The notes under the pieces are model-generated. The model searched no databases and was not told the origin of the DNA. It saw nothing but the letters and a program-made list of their open reading frames with translations. A program made the position numbers and the translations under genes. A stretch of DNA of 64,000 bases from an uncultured delta proteobacterium (GTDB taxonomy: Bacteria > Myxococcota_A > Polyangia > Polyangiales > Polyangiaceae): NCBI GenBank assembly GCA_963841435.1, contig CAWJCS010000006.1:1-64000 (forward strand), read 5' to 3'. Positions 9,695 to 19,832 of the stretch are shown piece by piece (position 1 is the stretch's first letter; each line of letters opens with the position of its first letter).

Positions 9695-10396
9695 ATGGTG
9701 CGGGCGGTGAGCCCCAGGAGTGAGCTTTTGCCGCCGAAGGACGAGGATGAGCTCCTCGGGCGGGCGGGGGCGCTTTCGGGGACGACGCTCGGCGAGCTCG
9801 CGGCGCGGTTCGGGAAGGTGGCGCCCGCGGATTTGCGGCATAGCAAGGGCTTCGTGGGGGAGCTCGTGGAGCGGGCGCTCGGGGCGCAGAGGGGGTCGCG
9901 GCCCGGGCCGGATTTCGACGTGCTCGGCGTCGAGCTGAAGACGCTGCCCGTCGATGCGCGGGGCAAGCCCGTCGAGTCGACGTTCGTGTGCACGCTGCCG
10001 CTCCGGGCCGTGGGCGATCTCGAGTGGGAAGAGTCGCCCGTGCTGAAGAAGCTGTCGCGCGTGCTGTTCGTGCCGGTCGAGGGGGAGCGCGGGCGGCCCG
10101 TGGCGGAGCGGCGCCTCGGGTCGCCGCTTCTGTGGTCGCCGAGCGCGGAGGAATCAGCGGATTTGAGGGCGGATTGGGACGAGCTTGCGGGGCGCGTCGG
10201 GCGCGGTGAGGTCGAGAGCATCACGGGGCATGTCGGGCGTTTTTTGCAGGTGCGGCCCAAGGCGAGAAACTCGCGCGCGCTCGGGCGGGCGTTCGACGCC
10301 GACGGCGCCCCGTTCGAGACGCTGCCGCGGGGGTTTTACCTGAGGGCGGTGTTCACCGCGCGGATCGTCCGCGCTTACTACGCGCTCGGGCTCTGA
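9695..10396 (+). CDS. mutH: MutH/Sau3AI-family GATC endonuclease
   Basis: KGFVGELVERALGA, PDFDVLGVELKTLPVDARGKPVESTFVC (PD-(D/E)xK), LQVRPKA and RGFYLR motifs match MutH; single domain of 233 aa. Confidence 0.85.
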   Translation: MVRAVSPRSELLPPKDEDELLGRAGALSGTTLGELAARFGKVAPADLRHSKGFVGELVERALGAQRGSRPGPDFDVLGVELKTLPVDARGKPVESTFVCTLPLRAVGDLEWEESPVLKKLSRVLFVPVEGERGRPVAERRLGSPLLWSPSAEESADLRADWDELAGRVGRGEVESITGHVGRFLQVRPKARNSRALGRAFDADGAPFETLPRGFYLRAVFTARIVRAYYALGL

Positions 10397-11246
10397 GCGT
10401 CGAAGGCGCCGGCAGGTCGTTCGGCAGCTGTCCCGGCAAGGGCCGCAGGCCGAAATGGAAGTGATCGTGGTGGTCGCGATTGTCGTCGGGGCCCAGCTGC
10501 TCCTTGAAGAGCCCGCGCGAGCGGATGCGGCACGCGATGAGGTTGAGCGGTCCCATGCCGCTCGTGCAAATCTGGCCCCTACCGCGGTCGAAATCGTGCT
10601 CGACGCTCAGGGTCTTGCCGCCGATCTCGAAGGCATGGGCGTCGATGGCCAGGCCGTAGGCGTGCATGCTCATCCGGCCGGGGTGGCTCAGCCGGTAGAC
10701 GTACGTGCTCGAGTAGCGCACGCGCTCGACGCCGACAGAGCGAAGCTCGGGGCCGATTTCGTCGAGTGCGAGGACGAGCCGGCAGTCGGCGACCATCGGC
10801 TTCTTTTCGTACGTGAAGTAGCTGATGCCGCCGATCGGACCTTGGACGACGACGGGGGTCGGAATGCCGAGCACGGGGGCGCTCTTCGAGAAGCTCACGC
10901 CCGTCGCGCGAAGCTCGGCGAGGCAAGCGTCACCGCCCGGCAGGCTCGACGTGGCCGTGAGCGGCTGCGGCGCCTTCGTTTTCGACGCGGACGCGCGCTT
11001 CTTCGGCGCCGCCTTGGCGAGCTCGTCGTCGGAGGGTCGTCCCGCCGGCTCGGCGGTGCCGTCGACCTTGGCGGCCGCCTGTGACTCGCTTGGCTGCGCC
11101 CGCGCCTGCTCGGCTTCGAGCTCCCACGGCTCGAGCGGCAGCTCCGGGGTCGCCGCGAGCGGAGCCACGCGCGCGCAACCCGACAGGAACGCGAGGGCGA
11201 GCCCCAACGGGAGAGTCACGCCGGGGCGGGGGAGAGCGCGCGGCAC
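10353..11246 (-). CDS. Extensin-like C-terminal domain lipoprotein (putative zinc peptidase fold)
   Basis: Lipobox AFLSGC; SMHAYGLAIDAHAF and GPDDNRDHHDHFHF motifs. GTG start is inferred. 3' end overlaps mutH convergently. Confidence 0.75.
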   Translation of the reverse strand: MPRALPRPGVTLPLGLALAFLSGCARVAPLAATPELPLEPWELEAEQARAQPSESQAAAKVDGTAEPAGRPSDDELAKAAPKKRASASKTKAPQPLTATSSLPGGDACLAELRATGVSFSKSAPVLGIPTPVVVQGPIGGISYFTYEKKPMVADCRLVLALDEIGPELRSVGVERVRYSSTYVYRLSHPGRMSMHAYGLAIDAHAFEIGGKTLSVEHDFDRGRGQICTSGMGPLNLIACRIRSRGLFKEQLGPDDNRDHHDHFHFGLRPLPGQLPNDLPAPSTLRARARSKRGRSAR

Positions 11247-11374
11247 GGCGTGGATTTTGGCCGACCGGAGGCGGACCGGCCAAGTAGCCGCCCGATCTGC
11301 GAGCCTCGGGGCGGCGGCGCCAGGGCCGGACGGTCTCCGATCGGGGCGTTTTTCGAGGGAGGAAGCGGTCGGGC

Positions 11375-12421
11375 TCACTCCAGGCGTGCCGGAGGGGCCG
11401 TCCTCGTGAGCTCGCGGACGAGGATGGTCGCGTAGCTGCCGGCGGGGAGCTCGAACGCGAGCACGAGGCGATCGGCCGCTTCCGTCACGGTGGCACCCTC
11501 CGGAAAGACGAGCAGGTCGCGGCGCGTGCCCGGCGCGTGGCGCCCGAGCTCGGCGAGCGCCTCGTTCGTGATGCCGAGCTCGGTGAGCACCTCGTTCTCG
11601 AGGTCGAGCGCTTCGCCGCTCGCGGCGCGCATCTTCGGTCCCGGCATCGGACCCGTGAGCACGAGGTCGCGCGCGGCGAAGCGCGGCGCCTCGCGCTCGA
11701 GGGACTCGACGACGAACGACGCCCCCGCGCCCGCGAGCCGCACCACTTCGCCGGAAAGCAGCCGGTCGCTGCCGGCGGTCATGCGGCGCGTGGCGTAGCG
11801 ATTGAAGACCTCGGCCTGCACGACGCTTGCGTAGAGCTTCGTGAGGAAGCGCTCGCGACCGCGCGGCAGGCGCCGCTTGCCGCCGAGAAACTCGAGCGCC
11901 TCGACGAGGTTCTGGCCGTCGCGCCCGAAGCGTTGCGTTCCAAAGTAGTTGGCCTGGCCGCGCTCCGAGAGGCGCGCGAGGATGGCGCGGGCCCGCTCGG
12001 CGGCGCCGGGCACCGTGTCCGCGAGCCCGACGCGGAAACGGTTGCCGCGGAGATGCCCCGTCCTCAGCTTATTTTGATGGAGGGAGGTTTCGAGCACGCG
12101 GAGCGCGTCGCCGAGCGCCCAGCCTTCGGGAGGGGCCGATTTCGCGGGCAGGCTCAGCCACTGCGTCGTGACGCCGTGCTTGTCCTTCATGCCGGCGTAG
12201 CCGACCTCGCGCTCGGACACGCCCGCGGCCCGGGCGAGCGCGAGCGCCGCGTCGCGCGTCGTCATGCCGCGCTTTTCGAGCCGTACGTAGCGATGCTCGC
12301 CCGTGCCGCTCGGCAGGTACGCGGGGATTTCCTCGACGGTGAAGTCGTCGAGCTCGGGGCCGATGGCGCCACCGGTCGGTTCGAATTCCGCCGTCCAGAA
12401 CGGCGGCACGTGGGGCGTCAT
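11375..12421 (-). CDS. truD: tRNA pseudouridine(13) synthase TruD
   Basis: DFTVEE, GYAGMKDKHGVTTQW, GHLRGNRF, NYFGTQRFG and FELPAGSYAT motifs; ATG overlaps the upstream TGA (ATGA). Confidence 0.93.
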   Translation of the reverse strand: MTPHVPPFWTAEFEPTGGAIGPELDDFTVEEIPAYLPSGTGEHRYVRLEKRGMTTRDAALALARAAGVSEREVGYAGMKDKHGVTTQWLSLPAKSAPPEGWALGDALRVLETSLHQNKLRTGHLRGNRFRVGLADTVPGAAERARAILARLSERGQANYFGTQRFGRDGQNLVEALEFLGGKRRLPRGRERFLTKLYASVVQAEVFNRYATRRMTAGSDRLLSGEVVRLAGAGASFVVESLEREAPRFAARDLVLTGPMPGPKMRAASGEALDLENEVLTELGITNEALAELGRHAPGTRRDLLVFPEGATVTEAADRLVLAFELPAGSYATILVRELTRTAPPARLE

Positions 12422-13381
12422 GCTCCCGGTTTCTTCCCGAGCAGGGCTTCGAGCGCGTGGATGAGATCGTCGCTCGCCGAGCTCGAGTCGAAGGAGTCGA
12501 GCTCTTCGATGCCGAGGATCAAGAGCTCTGGATCGGCGCGAGCGTCCGCTTCCCGCGCCATCCTGAGCACGCCGGCTGGCGGCGGCGGGACGCTGTCCGC
12601 ATCCGGGCCCTCCGTGCATTCGATGACGAGCGCGGCGATGTTGTCGTTACCCGTCGAATGCTTCGCGAGCTCGACGAGCTTTTTGCAGATGGCCTCCAGT
12701 GAGGTCGCCTCCTGCAGGGCGGCGGCGATCGCTGGCGCCTCGACCGGACCCGAGAGGCCGTCGCTGCAGAGCAGGTAGCGGTCGCCCCCGACGACCGGGT
12801 AAGACCTGAGCGAAATCCTCAGCTTGGGATCCAGCCCGAGCGCGCGGGTCACGATGTTCTTCGGCAGGCGCGCGAGCACCGTGTCGTCGAGATCCGGCCG
12901 CTGCTCGAGCACGTCCGTGAGGAGCGAATGATCCTGCGTGAGAAGCTCGAGGTGCCCGCTGCGCATCCGGTAGCAACGGCTGTCCCCCGCGTGCCCGACG
13001 TGCATGAGCCCCGAGCGCGGCGAGAAGCAAGCCGCGACGACGGTCGCTCCCATGCCCTTGTGCAGGGAGCTGCCGCGCGCCACCTCGATGACGTCCTGAT
13101 TTGCCTTGAGGATCGCCGAGGAGAGCCGCCGCGCACCCTGCGGGATGCCGAAGCGGTCGAACTCCGGCTGCGCGTGGGTCTGCTTGACCGTCGCGCCGAA
13201 GTAGTTGGAGAGCGAACGGGCCGCGAGAGCGCTCGCCACCTCCCCCGAGCGATGACCGCCCGCGCCGTCCGCGACGGCATAAAGGCCGAGATCCGAGCGA
13301 ACGAGGACCACGTCCTCGTTGGTGGGCCGGCGGCCGATGTCGGTGAGCCCCGCCGCGCGGAGCTTGAGATTCTGAAGACAT
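12418..13381 (-). CDS. PP2C-family Ser/Thr protein phosphatase (probable +1 indel just after the ATG)
   Basis: TDIGRRPTNED, VADGAGGH, HAGDSRCY, LLCSDGL and GNDNI motifs. ATG at 13381 joins the frame if one T of ATGTCTTCAG is removed. Confidence 0.88.
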
Positions 13382-13479
13382 GCGTGGGCCCGTCGGAATT
13401 CAGTATACCCGGTTGCCCTCCGCGGCGTCTCGACCGACGCTCGACCGGGCAGCGAAAGGCGTGCCATGATGGCCGTATC

Positions 13480-14709
13480 TTGCCTTCGACTCGGCACCGG
13501 AAGACGGGTCTCGTGCTCTCCGGCGGGGGAATGCGGGGGGCCTACGAGGTCGGCGTCGTGGCCGGCATTGCGGAAGTGTTGGGAGAGTCCCCGCCGCGGA
13601 CCCCGCTCTTCGACGTGCTCGCGGGCACGTCGGTCGGCGCCATCAACGCCACCTACTTCGCCGCCAACGCCGACAAGCCCGATCACGGCGTCGGGCGGCT
13701 CGCGGCGCTGTGGAGGAGCCTGAGGCTCGCCCAGCATGCCCGGGTGCGGCCCTTCGGCTTGTGGGCGGGCGGCATCAAGCGAAAGTTCGACCGCCTCACC
13801 TCGAGCGCGCGCGACGGGTCCTCGCTGCTCGACACGCGGGCACTCGAGGTCGTCGTCAAGCGCGCGATCGACTGGGAGGGTCTACACCGCAACACCGCTT
13901 CGGGCCGCGTCCACGCGCTGATGATCGCGGCGCTGCACGTCGCCTCGGGGCGCACGACGGTGTTCGCCGAGCATGCCCCGGGCGTGCGCCTCAATTCCGC
14001 CAACGACGAGCGGCGCGTCACCGTGCCGTGCCGCATCACGCCCGATCACGTGTTCGCTTCTGCGGCGATCCCACTGCTCTTTCCCACGCGGCGGCTCGGT
14101 GACCACTACTATTGCGACGGCGGGTTGCGCTTCAATACGCCCATCGCACCCGCGATTCGTGCCGGTGCGGAGCGAATCGTGGTCATATCGGTGCGCCACG
14201 CGCGCACCGCTCGCGAGATCGCCTCCGAAGAGGTGAGGGATTTCGGCAAGGGGCGCGACCTCAGCCCGCTTTTTCTGGTGGGCAAGCTCTTGAACGCCCT
14301 CCTGCTCGATCCGGTGGCGTACGATCTGCAGATGCTCGACCGGCTAAACCAGATGATGACCGTCCTCGAGGAGGCGCTCCCGCCAGACGAGCTCGAGCGC
14401 GTGCAGCAGGTCTGGATCAAGCACCGCGGAGCACCCTATCGCCGGCTCGACACGCTCATCTTCACGCCGTCGCGCGACCTCGGCGTCGCGGCCGGCGACT
14501 ACATCCGCAACCGGCTCGATTCGACCGACGTCCAGACCATCACGCGCATCTTGATCGAGCGAGTCGCGAGCGAGGGCGATCGCCCCGAGGCCGACTGGGC
14601 ATCGTACCTGCTCTTCGAGGGTGGCTTCGCTGCCGAGCTCATCGAAATGGGCCGAGTCGACGCGCTCGCACAGACGGACCACATCCGCCAATTCTTCGCG
14701 GAGGGCTGA
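13480..14709 (+). CDS. Patatin-like phospholipase
   Basis: LSGGGMRGAYEVG, GTSVG nucleophile motif, ASAAIP and DGG. TTG start is inferred. Confidence 0.88.
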   Translation: MPSTRHRKTGLVLSGGGMRGAYEVGVVAGIAEVLGESPPRTPLFDVLAGTSVGAINATYFAANADKPDHGVGRLAALWRSLRLAQHARVRPFGLWAGGIKRKFDRLTSSARDGSSLLDTRALEVVVKRAIDWEGLHRNTASGRVHALMIAALHVASGRTTVFAEHAPGVRLNSANDERRVTVPCRITPDHVFASAAIPLLFPTRRLGDHYYCDGGLRFNTPIAPAIRAGAERIVVISVRHARTAREIASEEVRDFGKGRDLSPLFLVGKLLNALLLDPVAYDLQMLDRLNQMMTVLEEALPPDELERVQQVWIKHRGAPYRRLDTLIFTPSRDLGVAAGDYIRNRLDSTDVQTITRILIERVASEGDRPEADWASYLLFEGGFAAELIEMGRVDALAQTDHIRQFFAEG

Positions 14710-14712
14710 GGG

Positions 14713-15747
14713 ATGGCGGAGGAGGGTCGTGAGCAAAAGCGAATCCTACTCGTCGATGATGACAACGTCAGCCGCAGCGTGCTCGCGCGCCTGCTTGCTG
14801 CGCGCGGCTACGAGGTGATCGAGGCCGACAGCGGTGGCAGCGCGCTCAGGGCGCTCGGCGTGCCGGGGGCGCCGCGTATGGCCGTGGTCGACTGGAACAT
14901 GGGGACCATCAATGGACCGGAGCTGTGCCGCATCCAGCGCGGGCGCTCGCCGTACGTTTACGTCGTGTTGACGACGGCGCGCGAGGGCAGAAAGCCGCTC
15001 GTCGAGGCGATGAACAGCGGCGCCGACGGCTACGTGCAAAAGCCCGTCGACCTCGACGAGCTCGAAGCGTGGCTCGTCGCCGGGCAGCGCATCGTCGATT
15101 TGCAGGACCGGCTGTTGCGCGCGCAGGTCGAGCTCGAGCGTCGCGCGACGCACGACACGCTCACGGGCGTGCGCAATCGCGGCAGCGTGCTCGAGATCCT
15201 CGGCCGAGAGCTCAAGCGGTCGCAGCGCACCAAGTCGCCGACGGGTATCGTCGTGCTCGACATCGATCACTTCAAGAACATCAACGACTCCCACGGCCAT
15301 CCCGTCGGCGACGAGGTGCTCGTCGAGTTCGCGCGGCGCTGCCTTGCCGGGATCCGCGAGTACGACGTGTTCGGACGCCAAGGCGGCGAGGAATTCTTGC
15401 TCGTCATCCCCGGCGGGAGCGTGCCGGACGCCACCGTGGTGGGCGCGCGGCTGATCTCGCTGGTGTCCGCCACGCCGTTCGTGACGCAGGCGGGGCCCAT
15501 CGACCTCACGACGAGCGCCGGCGTCGCCTCCACGGGGCAGGGCTACTTCGACGCCGACGCGCTGATCGCCGCGGCGGACGAGGCGCTCTACGAGGCCAAG
15601 CGCACGGGCCGAGCGCGGCTCTGCGTGGCTCGCGAGGCGGGCGCGTCTCAGGTTCCCCCGGAATCGGACGGCGGCAGCTTCAGCAGCGAGGAGCTGACGA
15701 CGCTGCGGGCGCCCGAGCCGGACCGGGAGCACGGGCGCAAGCGCTGA
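14713..15747 (+). CDS. Response regulator diguanylate cyclase (REC + GGDEF, PleD-like)
   Basis: ILLVDDD...VVDWNM...KP receiver; DIDHFKNINDSHGHPVGD, RxxD I-site (REYD), GGEEF, ADEALYEAK. Confidence 0.92.
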   Translation: MAEEGREQKRILLVDDDNVSRSVLARLLAARGYEVIEADSGGSALRALGVPGAPRMAVVDWNMGTINGPELCRIQRGRSPYVYVVLTTAREGRKPLVEAMNSGADGYVQKPVDLDELEAWLVAGQRIVDLQDRLLRAQVELERRATHDTLTGVRNRGSVLEILGRELKRSQRTKSPTGIVVLDIDHFKNINDSHGHPVGDEVLVEFARRCLAGIREYDVFGRQGGEEFLLVIPGGSVPDATVVGARLISLVSATPFVTQAGPIDLTTSAGVASTGQGYFDADALIAAADEALYEAKRTGRARLCVAREAGASQVPPESDGGSFSSEELTTLRAPEPDREHGRKR

Positions 15748-15785
15748 GCGGCACGCCGGAGCGTGCTATCGAGACCGCAGGCGCC

Positions 15786-17036
15786 ATGCAAGCGGACGTG
15801 ATCGTCGTTGGCGGCGGACCCGCCGGGGCGGCGACGGCGGCGCGCCTCGCCGCGCTCGGGCGGCGGGTGCTCTTGTTCGAAAAGGAGCGCTTTCCGCGCT
15901 TTCACGTCGGCGAGTCGCTCTTGCCCTGCAGCATGCCCCTGCTCGCCGCGCTCGGGGTGCTGCCCGCCCTCGAGCGATTCGGGTTCCAGCCGAAATATGC
16001 GGCCGAGTTTCTCACCGACGACGGCGCGCTCAGGCAGCGCTACGCGTTCGCCGAGGGGCTGCTCGAGGGCGCGACCTCGGCGCTGCAGGTCGAGCGGGCG
16101 ACCTTCGACCACGTGCTCCTCGAGCACGCAAAGAGCCAGGGCGTCACGGTGCACGAGGGCTCACCCGTGACGGGTTTTTCGCTCGACGGCGACGCCGGCG
16201 TCACCGTCAACGCCCGCGCGCCGGACGGCTCGCCGCTCGTTGCGGCGGCGCAGCTCCTCGTCAACGCGAGCGGCCAGAGCACGCTCGTCGCGAGCCGGCT
16301 CGGGCTAAGGCGCATGGAGCCGAACCTCAAGAACGCGTCGCTCTTCGCGCATTTCGAGGGCGCTTTGCGGGGCGAGGGACGAGAGTCCGGGGATACGAGC
16401 ATCGTGCTCGGCAATGAGGGCTGGTGGTGGGTGATCCCCATGAAAGACGACATCACGAGCCTCGGCGTCGTCGCTCCTGGGCGCGCGCTCGCGGGTGCCG
16501 GCGAGGCCTTTTTCGAGGCGGGGATCGCGCGGGCGCCGTACCTCGCGCGGCGCTTTGCCGGCGCGCGGCGCGTCGGGCCCGTGCGCGCTGCGTCGGACTG
16601 GTCGTACCGGAGCACGGCGCTCGCGGGTGATCGCTGGCTCGCCGCGGGCGACGCCGGCAGCTTCATCGATCCCATCTTCTCGACGGGCGTCCACCTCGCG
16701 CTCGTGAGCGGGCTCGCGGCGGCCACGGCGGCCCACGAGGCACTGGCACGCGGGCGCTTCGAGCGCTCGCGTTTCTCCGGCTACGAGCGGCGCATGCGCC
16801 GTCTCTTCGCCACCTACGGCGAGCTCGTGCGCGGCTTTTACACGCCGGAGCTTGCTTCGCTGTTGCTCCACCCGAGCGACACGCTCGGGCTGCGCCGCGC
16901 CGTCATCTCGCTGCTCGCCGGCCACGGTGCCGACCGGCCGGGCGTCGCCCTCCGGCTCGCGGTGTTCCACCGCATCGTCGCGCTGAACCGCCGCTTTTCG
17001 CTGGTTCCCAGGCTTGGGGTGCGCTCCGGGCCCTGA
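15786..17036 (+). CDS. FAD-dependent halogenase-like oxidoreductase
   Basis: GGGPAG, FPRFHVGESLLP, GFQPKY (Lys), WWWVIP (WxWxIP) and GDAGSFIDPIFSTG motifs. Confidence 0.8.
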   Translation: MQADVIVVGGGPAGAATAARLAALGRRVLLFEKERFPRFHVGESLLPCSMPLLAALGVLPALERFGFQPKYAAEFLTDDGALRQRYAFAEGLLEGATSALQVERATFDHVLLEHAKSQGVTVHEGSPVTGFSLDGDAGVTVNARAPDGSPLVAAAQLLVNASGQSTLVASRLGLRRMEPNLKNASLFAHFEGALRGEGRESGDTSIVLGNEGWWWVIPMKDDITSLGVVAPGRALAGAGEAFFEAGIARAPYLARRFAGARRVGPVRAASDWSYRSTALAGDRWLAAGDAGSFIDPIFSTGVHLALVSGLAAATAAHEALARGRFERSRFSGYERRMRRLFATYGELVRGFYTPELASLLLHPSDTLGLRRAVISLLAGHGADRPGVALRLAVFHRIVALNRRFSLVPRLGVRSGP

Positions 17037-17075
17037 ACGGCTCGCCCTGCGCCGTCGCGCTAGACCAGCTGTCCG

Positions 17076-18230
17076 CTACGGGAGCTTCTTGGGTACGGCG
17101 AGCTCCTTCTGGCAGTCGAGCGCGCCGAGGAAGGCGATGATGTCCTTGACCTCGCCATCCGAGAGCTTGCGGTCGGCCGCGAGTGGGCTCTTGTGCGGGT
17201 TGTCGTAGCCGCCGCCCGCCATGAAGCGCACGGCTTCTTCGAGGGTCTTCTTCGAGCCGTCGTGGAAGTAAGGGGCGCTCTTCGTGACGTTGCGGAGCGT
17301 CGGCACCTTGAAGGCTCCGAAGTCGGTGTCGTTGTTCGACACCTTCTTGCGCCCCACGTCAACGTCCTCTTCCTTCTTGCCGTCGAAGCCGACGCCGACG
17401 TTGAAGTATGCCCCATCTTTGACGAGGTACGCGCTCGAGAAAAATGGCGGGCTATGGCAGGCGACGCAGCTCGCCTTGCCCATGAAGAGCTCGAGGCCGT
17501 GCTTCTGCTCCGCCGTCAGGACGTCCTTATTTCCCTTGGCAAAGCGGTCATAGCTCGTGTCGTCGCAAACGAGCTCGCGCTCGTACGCCGAAATCGCCTG
17601 CACGATCGTCTCGGGCGTGGCGCCCTTTTCGGGGAAGACCTTCGCGAACTGCTTCTTGTACCCCGGGATCATGCCGATCTGCTTCGCCTTCTTTTCGAGG
17701 TTCTCCTTGCCGACGCCCATGTTGCCGCCCGCCCAGGCCGCCGTGCCCTGCTCCTCCAGCGTTGCGGAGCGCCCGTCCCAGTACAGGCGCGGCAGGAACC
17801 CGACGTTCCAGATCACGGGGCTGTGGCGCGTGAGCTGCTTGTTCTTCGCGCCGATCGCGAGCGGGTCGTGCCCGCCGTTGCCGTCCTCGTTCATGTGGCA
17901 CGAGTAGCAGGAGCGGGAGCTGTCGGCGCTCAGGCGCTTCTCGAAGAAGAGCTGGTGCCCGAGCTCGATCTTCTCGGGGCTCTGCGGGTTGTCCTCGGGG
18001 ATCTTCATCTTGCCGAGATCCGCCGGGAGGTTCATCGCGTCGGCCTTCGGCGTCGCCTGCGACTCGGCGAGCCGAGCCGCCGCGGCAGCGGACGCCGCAG
18101 CGCGACCCGCCTGTGTCGCCGCCTCGCGCTCGGCCTTCATCTCAGGAGATTCCTCCGCCTTCGGCGGCTCCTTCTTCTGGCAGGCCGCGAGAAGACAAAC
18201 CACCAGCACCCACGCGCTTCCGACCTTCAT
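17076..18230 (-). CDS. Di-haem cytochrome c peroxidase (CCP/MauG family) lipoprotein
   Basis: Lipobox LLAAC; two CxxCH motifs (CYSCH, CVACH); LYWDGR; FKVPTLRNV...APYFHDG. Confidence 0.92.
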   Translation of the reverse strand: MKVGSAWVLVVCLLAACQKKEPPKAEESPEMKAEREAATQAGRAAASAAAAARLAESQATPKADAMNLPADLGKMKIPEDNPQSPEKIELGHQLFFEKRLSADSSRSCYSCHMNEDGNGGHDPLAIGAKNKQLTRHSPVIWNVGFLPRLYWDGRSATLEEQGTAAWAGGNMGVGKENLEKKAKQIGMIPGYKKQFAKVFPEKGATPETIVQAISAYERELVCDDTSYDRFAKGNKDVLTAEQKHGLELFMGKASCVACHSPPFFSSAYLVKDGAYFNVGVGFDGKKEEDVDVGRKKVSNNDTDFGAFKVPTLRNVTKSAPYFHDGSKKTLEEAVRFMAGGGYDNPHKSPLAADRKLSDGEVKDIIAFLGALDCQKELAVPKKLP

Positions 18231-18267
18231 GGGGCGGAGCATCCTCCCCGCCCGTGCGATCGTCAAA

Positions 18268-19335
18268 CTATCCCGCGAGCGCGGCCAGCACGGCCTGGCC
18301 CATTCCCTGCGTCAACACCGGCGCGTCGCCACCCAGGTCGCGTGTTCTTGCCCCGCTTGCCAGCGCCTTTTCGACCGCGAGCTCCACGCGGCGCGCTTCG
18401 GCCTCGAGCCCCAGGCTGTGCCTGAGGAGAAGTGCCGCACTCAGGATCGTGCCGAGAGGATTGGCGATGCCCTTGCCCGCGATGTCCGGCGCCGAGCCAT
18501 GGATGGGCTCGTAGAGGCCGAGCTTGCCCTCCCCGAGCGACGCGCTCGGCAGCATGCCCAGCGACCCGGTGAGCACGGCCGCCTCGTCCGAGAGGATGTC
18601 GCCGAACATGTTCTCCGTGACGATCACGTCGAAGCTGCCCGGCGCCGTCACGAGCCGCATCGCACAGGAGTCGACGAGCTGATGCTCGAGCGTCACGTCC
18701 GGGTAGCCCGCGGCCACGCTGACCGCCACCTCGCGCCAGAGCCGCGAGGATTCGAGCACGTTGGCCTTGTCGACCGACGTGAGCTTCTTCTTGCGGCCGC
18801 GCGCAATCTCGAAGGAAAGCCGCACGATGCGCTCGATCTCGAAGTCGTGGTACTCGAGCGTGTCGACGACCAGCTTTCCCTTGGGCGTGTCCTTCCGATA
18901 CTTCTCGCCGAAGTACAGGCCGCCCGTGAGCTCGCGCACCACCACCATGTCAACGCCTTCGATGCGTTCTGCCTTCAACGGGGACGAGCCGATGAGCTCC
19001 TTGTAGCCGCGCACGGGCCTGAGGTTCGCGTACAAGCCGAGGCCGCGGCGGATGGCGAGGAGCCCCATCTCGGGTCTCGTCTTCGCCTTCGGGTTGTCCC
19101 ACTTCGGTCCGCCCACGGCGCCGAGCAACACCGCGTGCGCCGCCTTGGCGGCCGTGAGCGTCGCCTCGGGTAGCGCCTCGCCCGTCTCGTCGATGGCAAT
19201 GCCGCCCATGAGACAGCTCTCGAACTCGAATCGATGCCCACCGGCGGCGGCGACCGCCTCGAGCACCGCCTGGGCCTCGGCCACGACCTCGGGGCCGACG
19301 CCATCGCCCGGAATCACCACGATCTTGGCTTGCAT
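18268..19335 (-). CDS. leuB: 3-isopropylmalate dehydrogenase
   Basis: [45 protein letters not shown] and [18 protein letters not shown] motifs. Confidence 0.96.
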   Translation of the reverse strand: MQAKIVVIPGDGVGPEVVAEAQAVLEAVAAAGGHRFEFESCLMGGIAIDETGEALPEATLTAAKAAHAVLLGAVGGPKWDNPKAKTRPEMGLLAIRRGLGLYANLRPVRGYKELIGSSPLKAERIEGVDMVVVRELTGGLYFGEKYRKDTPKGKLVVDTLEYHDFEIERIVRLSFEIARGRKKKLTSVDKANVLESSRLWREVAVSVAAGYPDVTLEHQLVDSCAMRLVTAPGSFDVIVTENMFGDILSDEAAVLTGSLGMLPSASLGEGKLGLYEPIHGSAPDIAGKGIANPLGTILSAALLLRHSLGLEAEARRVELAVEKALASGARTRDLGGDAPVLTQGMGQAVLAALAG

Positions 19336-19459
19336 CGGAGCGCCTCCTACCACGGATTTTCGCGCGACGACGGTCGTCCTGCCGTTTTCGCGATGTCTCC
19401 GAGGTGGGCTTGCGAGAATCGTGCGGCGGTCCCTAGGCAATCCCACGAGAGAGGTGAGC

Positions 19460-19765
19460 ATGAGAAATGTCGTCGTTCGCTACAAGGTCAAGCCGGGTCG
19501 GGGTGACGAGAATCAGCGCGCCGTCGAACGGGTGTTTCTCGAGCTCGCCGAGCGCGCGCCCGCGGGCCTGCGCTACGCGACCTTTCGTCTCGCCGACGGC
19601 GTCTCGTTCGTGCACGTCGCGTCGATCGACACCGACGACGGAAAGAACCCGCTCGGCGGCATCGATGCGTTCGGAGAGTTCACGCGCAGCGTCGGCGAGC
19701 GCGCCGAGGAAGCACCCGTCGCGACCGACGCGACGATCGTGGGCCAATACCGGCTGTTCGAGTAG
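19460..19765 (+). CDS. Small dimeric alpha/beta-barrel (ABM-like) protein
   Basis: [20 protein letters not shown]...[10 protein letters not shown]...[12 protein letters not shown]. Confidence 0.7.
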   Translation: MRNVVVRYKVKPGRGDENQRAVERVFLELAERAPAGLRYATFRLADGVSFVHVASIDTDDGKNPLGGIDAFGEFTRSVGERAEEAPVATDATIVGQYRLFE

Positions 19766-19832
19766 GCACGCCGCGCGATCACGGGTGTGTTGACGGGGCG
19801 TCAGCAATCCCCGGGTTACGCTCGCCTCCTTG

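Noticed and set aside
13480-15747. CBASS-like defence system (patatin effector plus nucleotide cyclase)
   Set aside because: The cyclase is a REC-GGDEF diguanylate cyclase, not a CD-NTase, and no Cap2/Cap3-type genes are present.
14925-15785. Long N-terminal extensions on ORF-track calls (halogenase from 14925, cimA from 26240, ilvN from 29034, uca from 52789, SDR from 57723, patatin from 12928, PP2C from 13737)
   Set aside because: The extensions overlap neighbouring real genes in other frames; starts were reset to where family similarity, RBS or stop-start overlaps begin.
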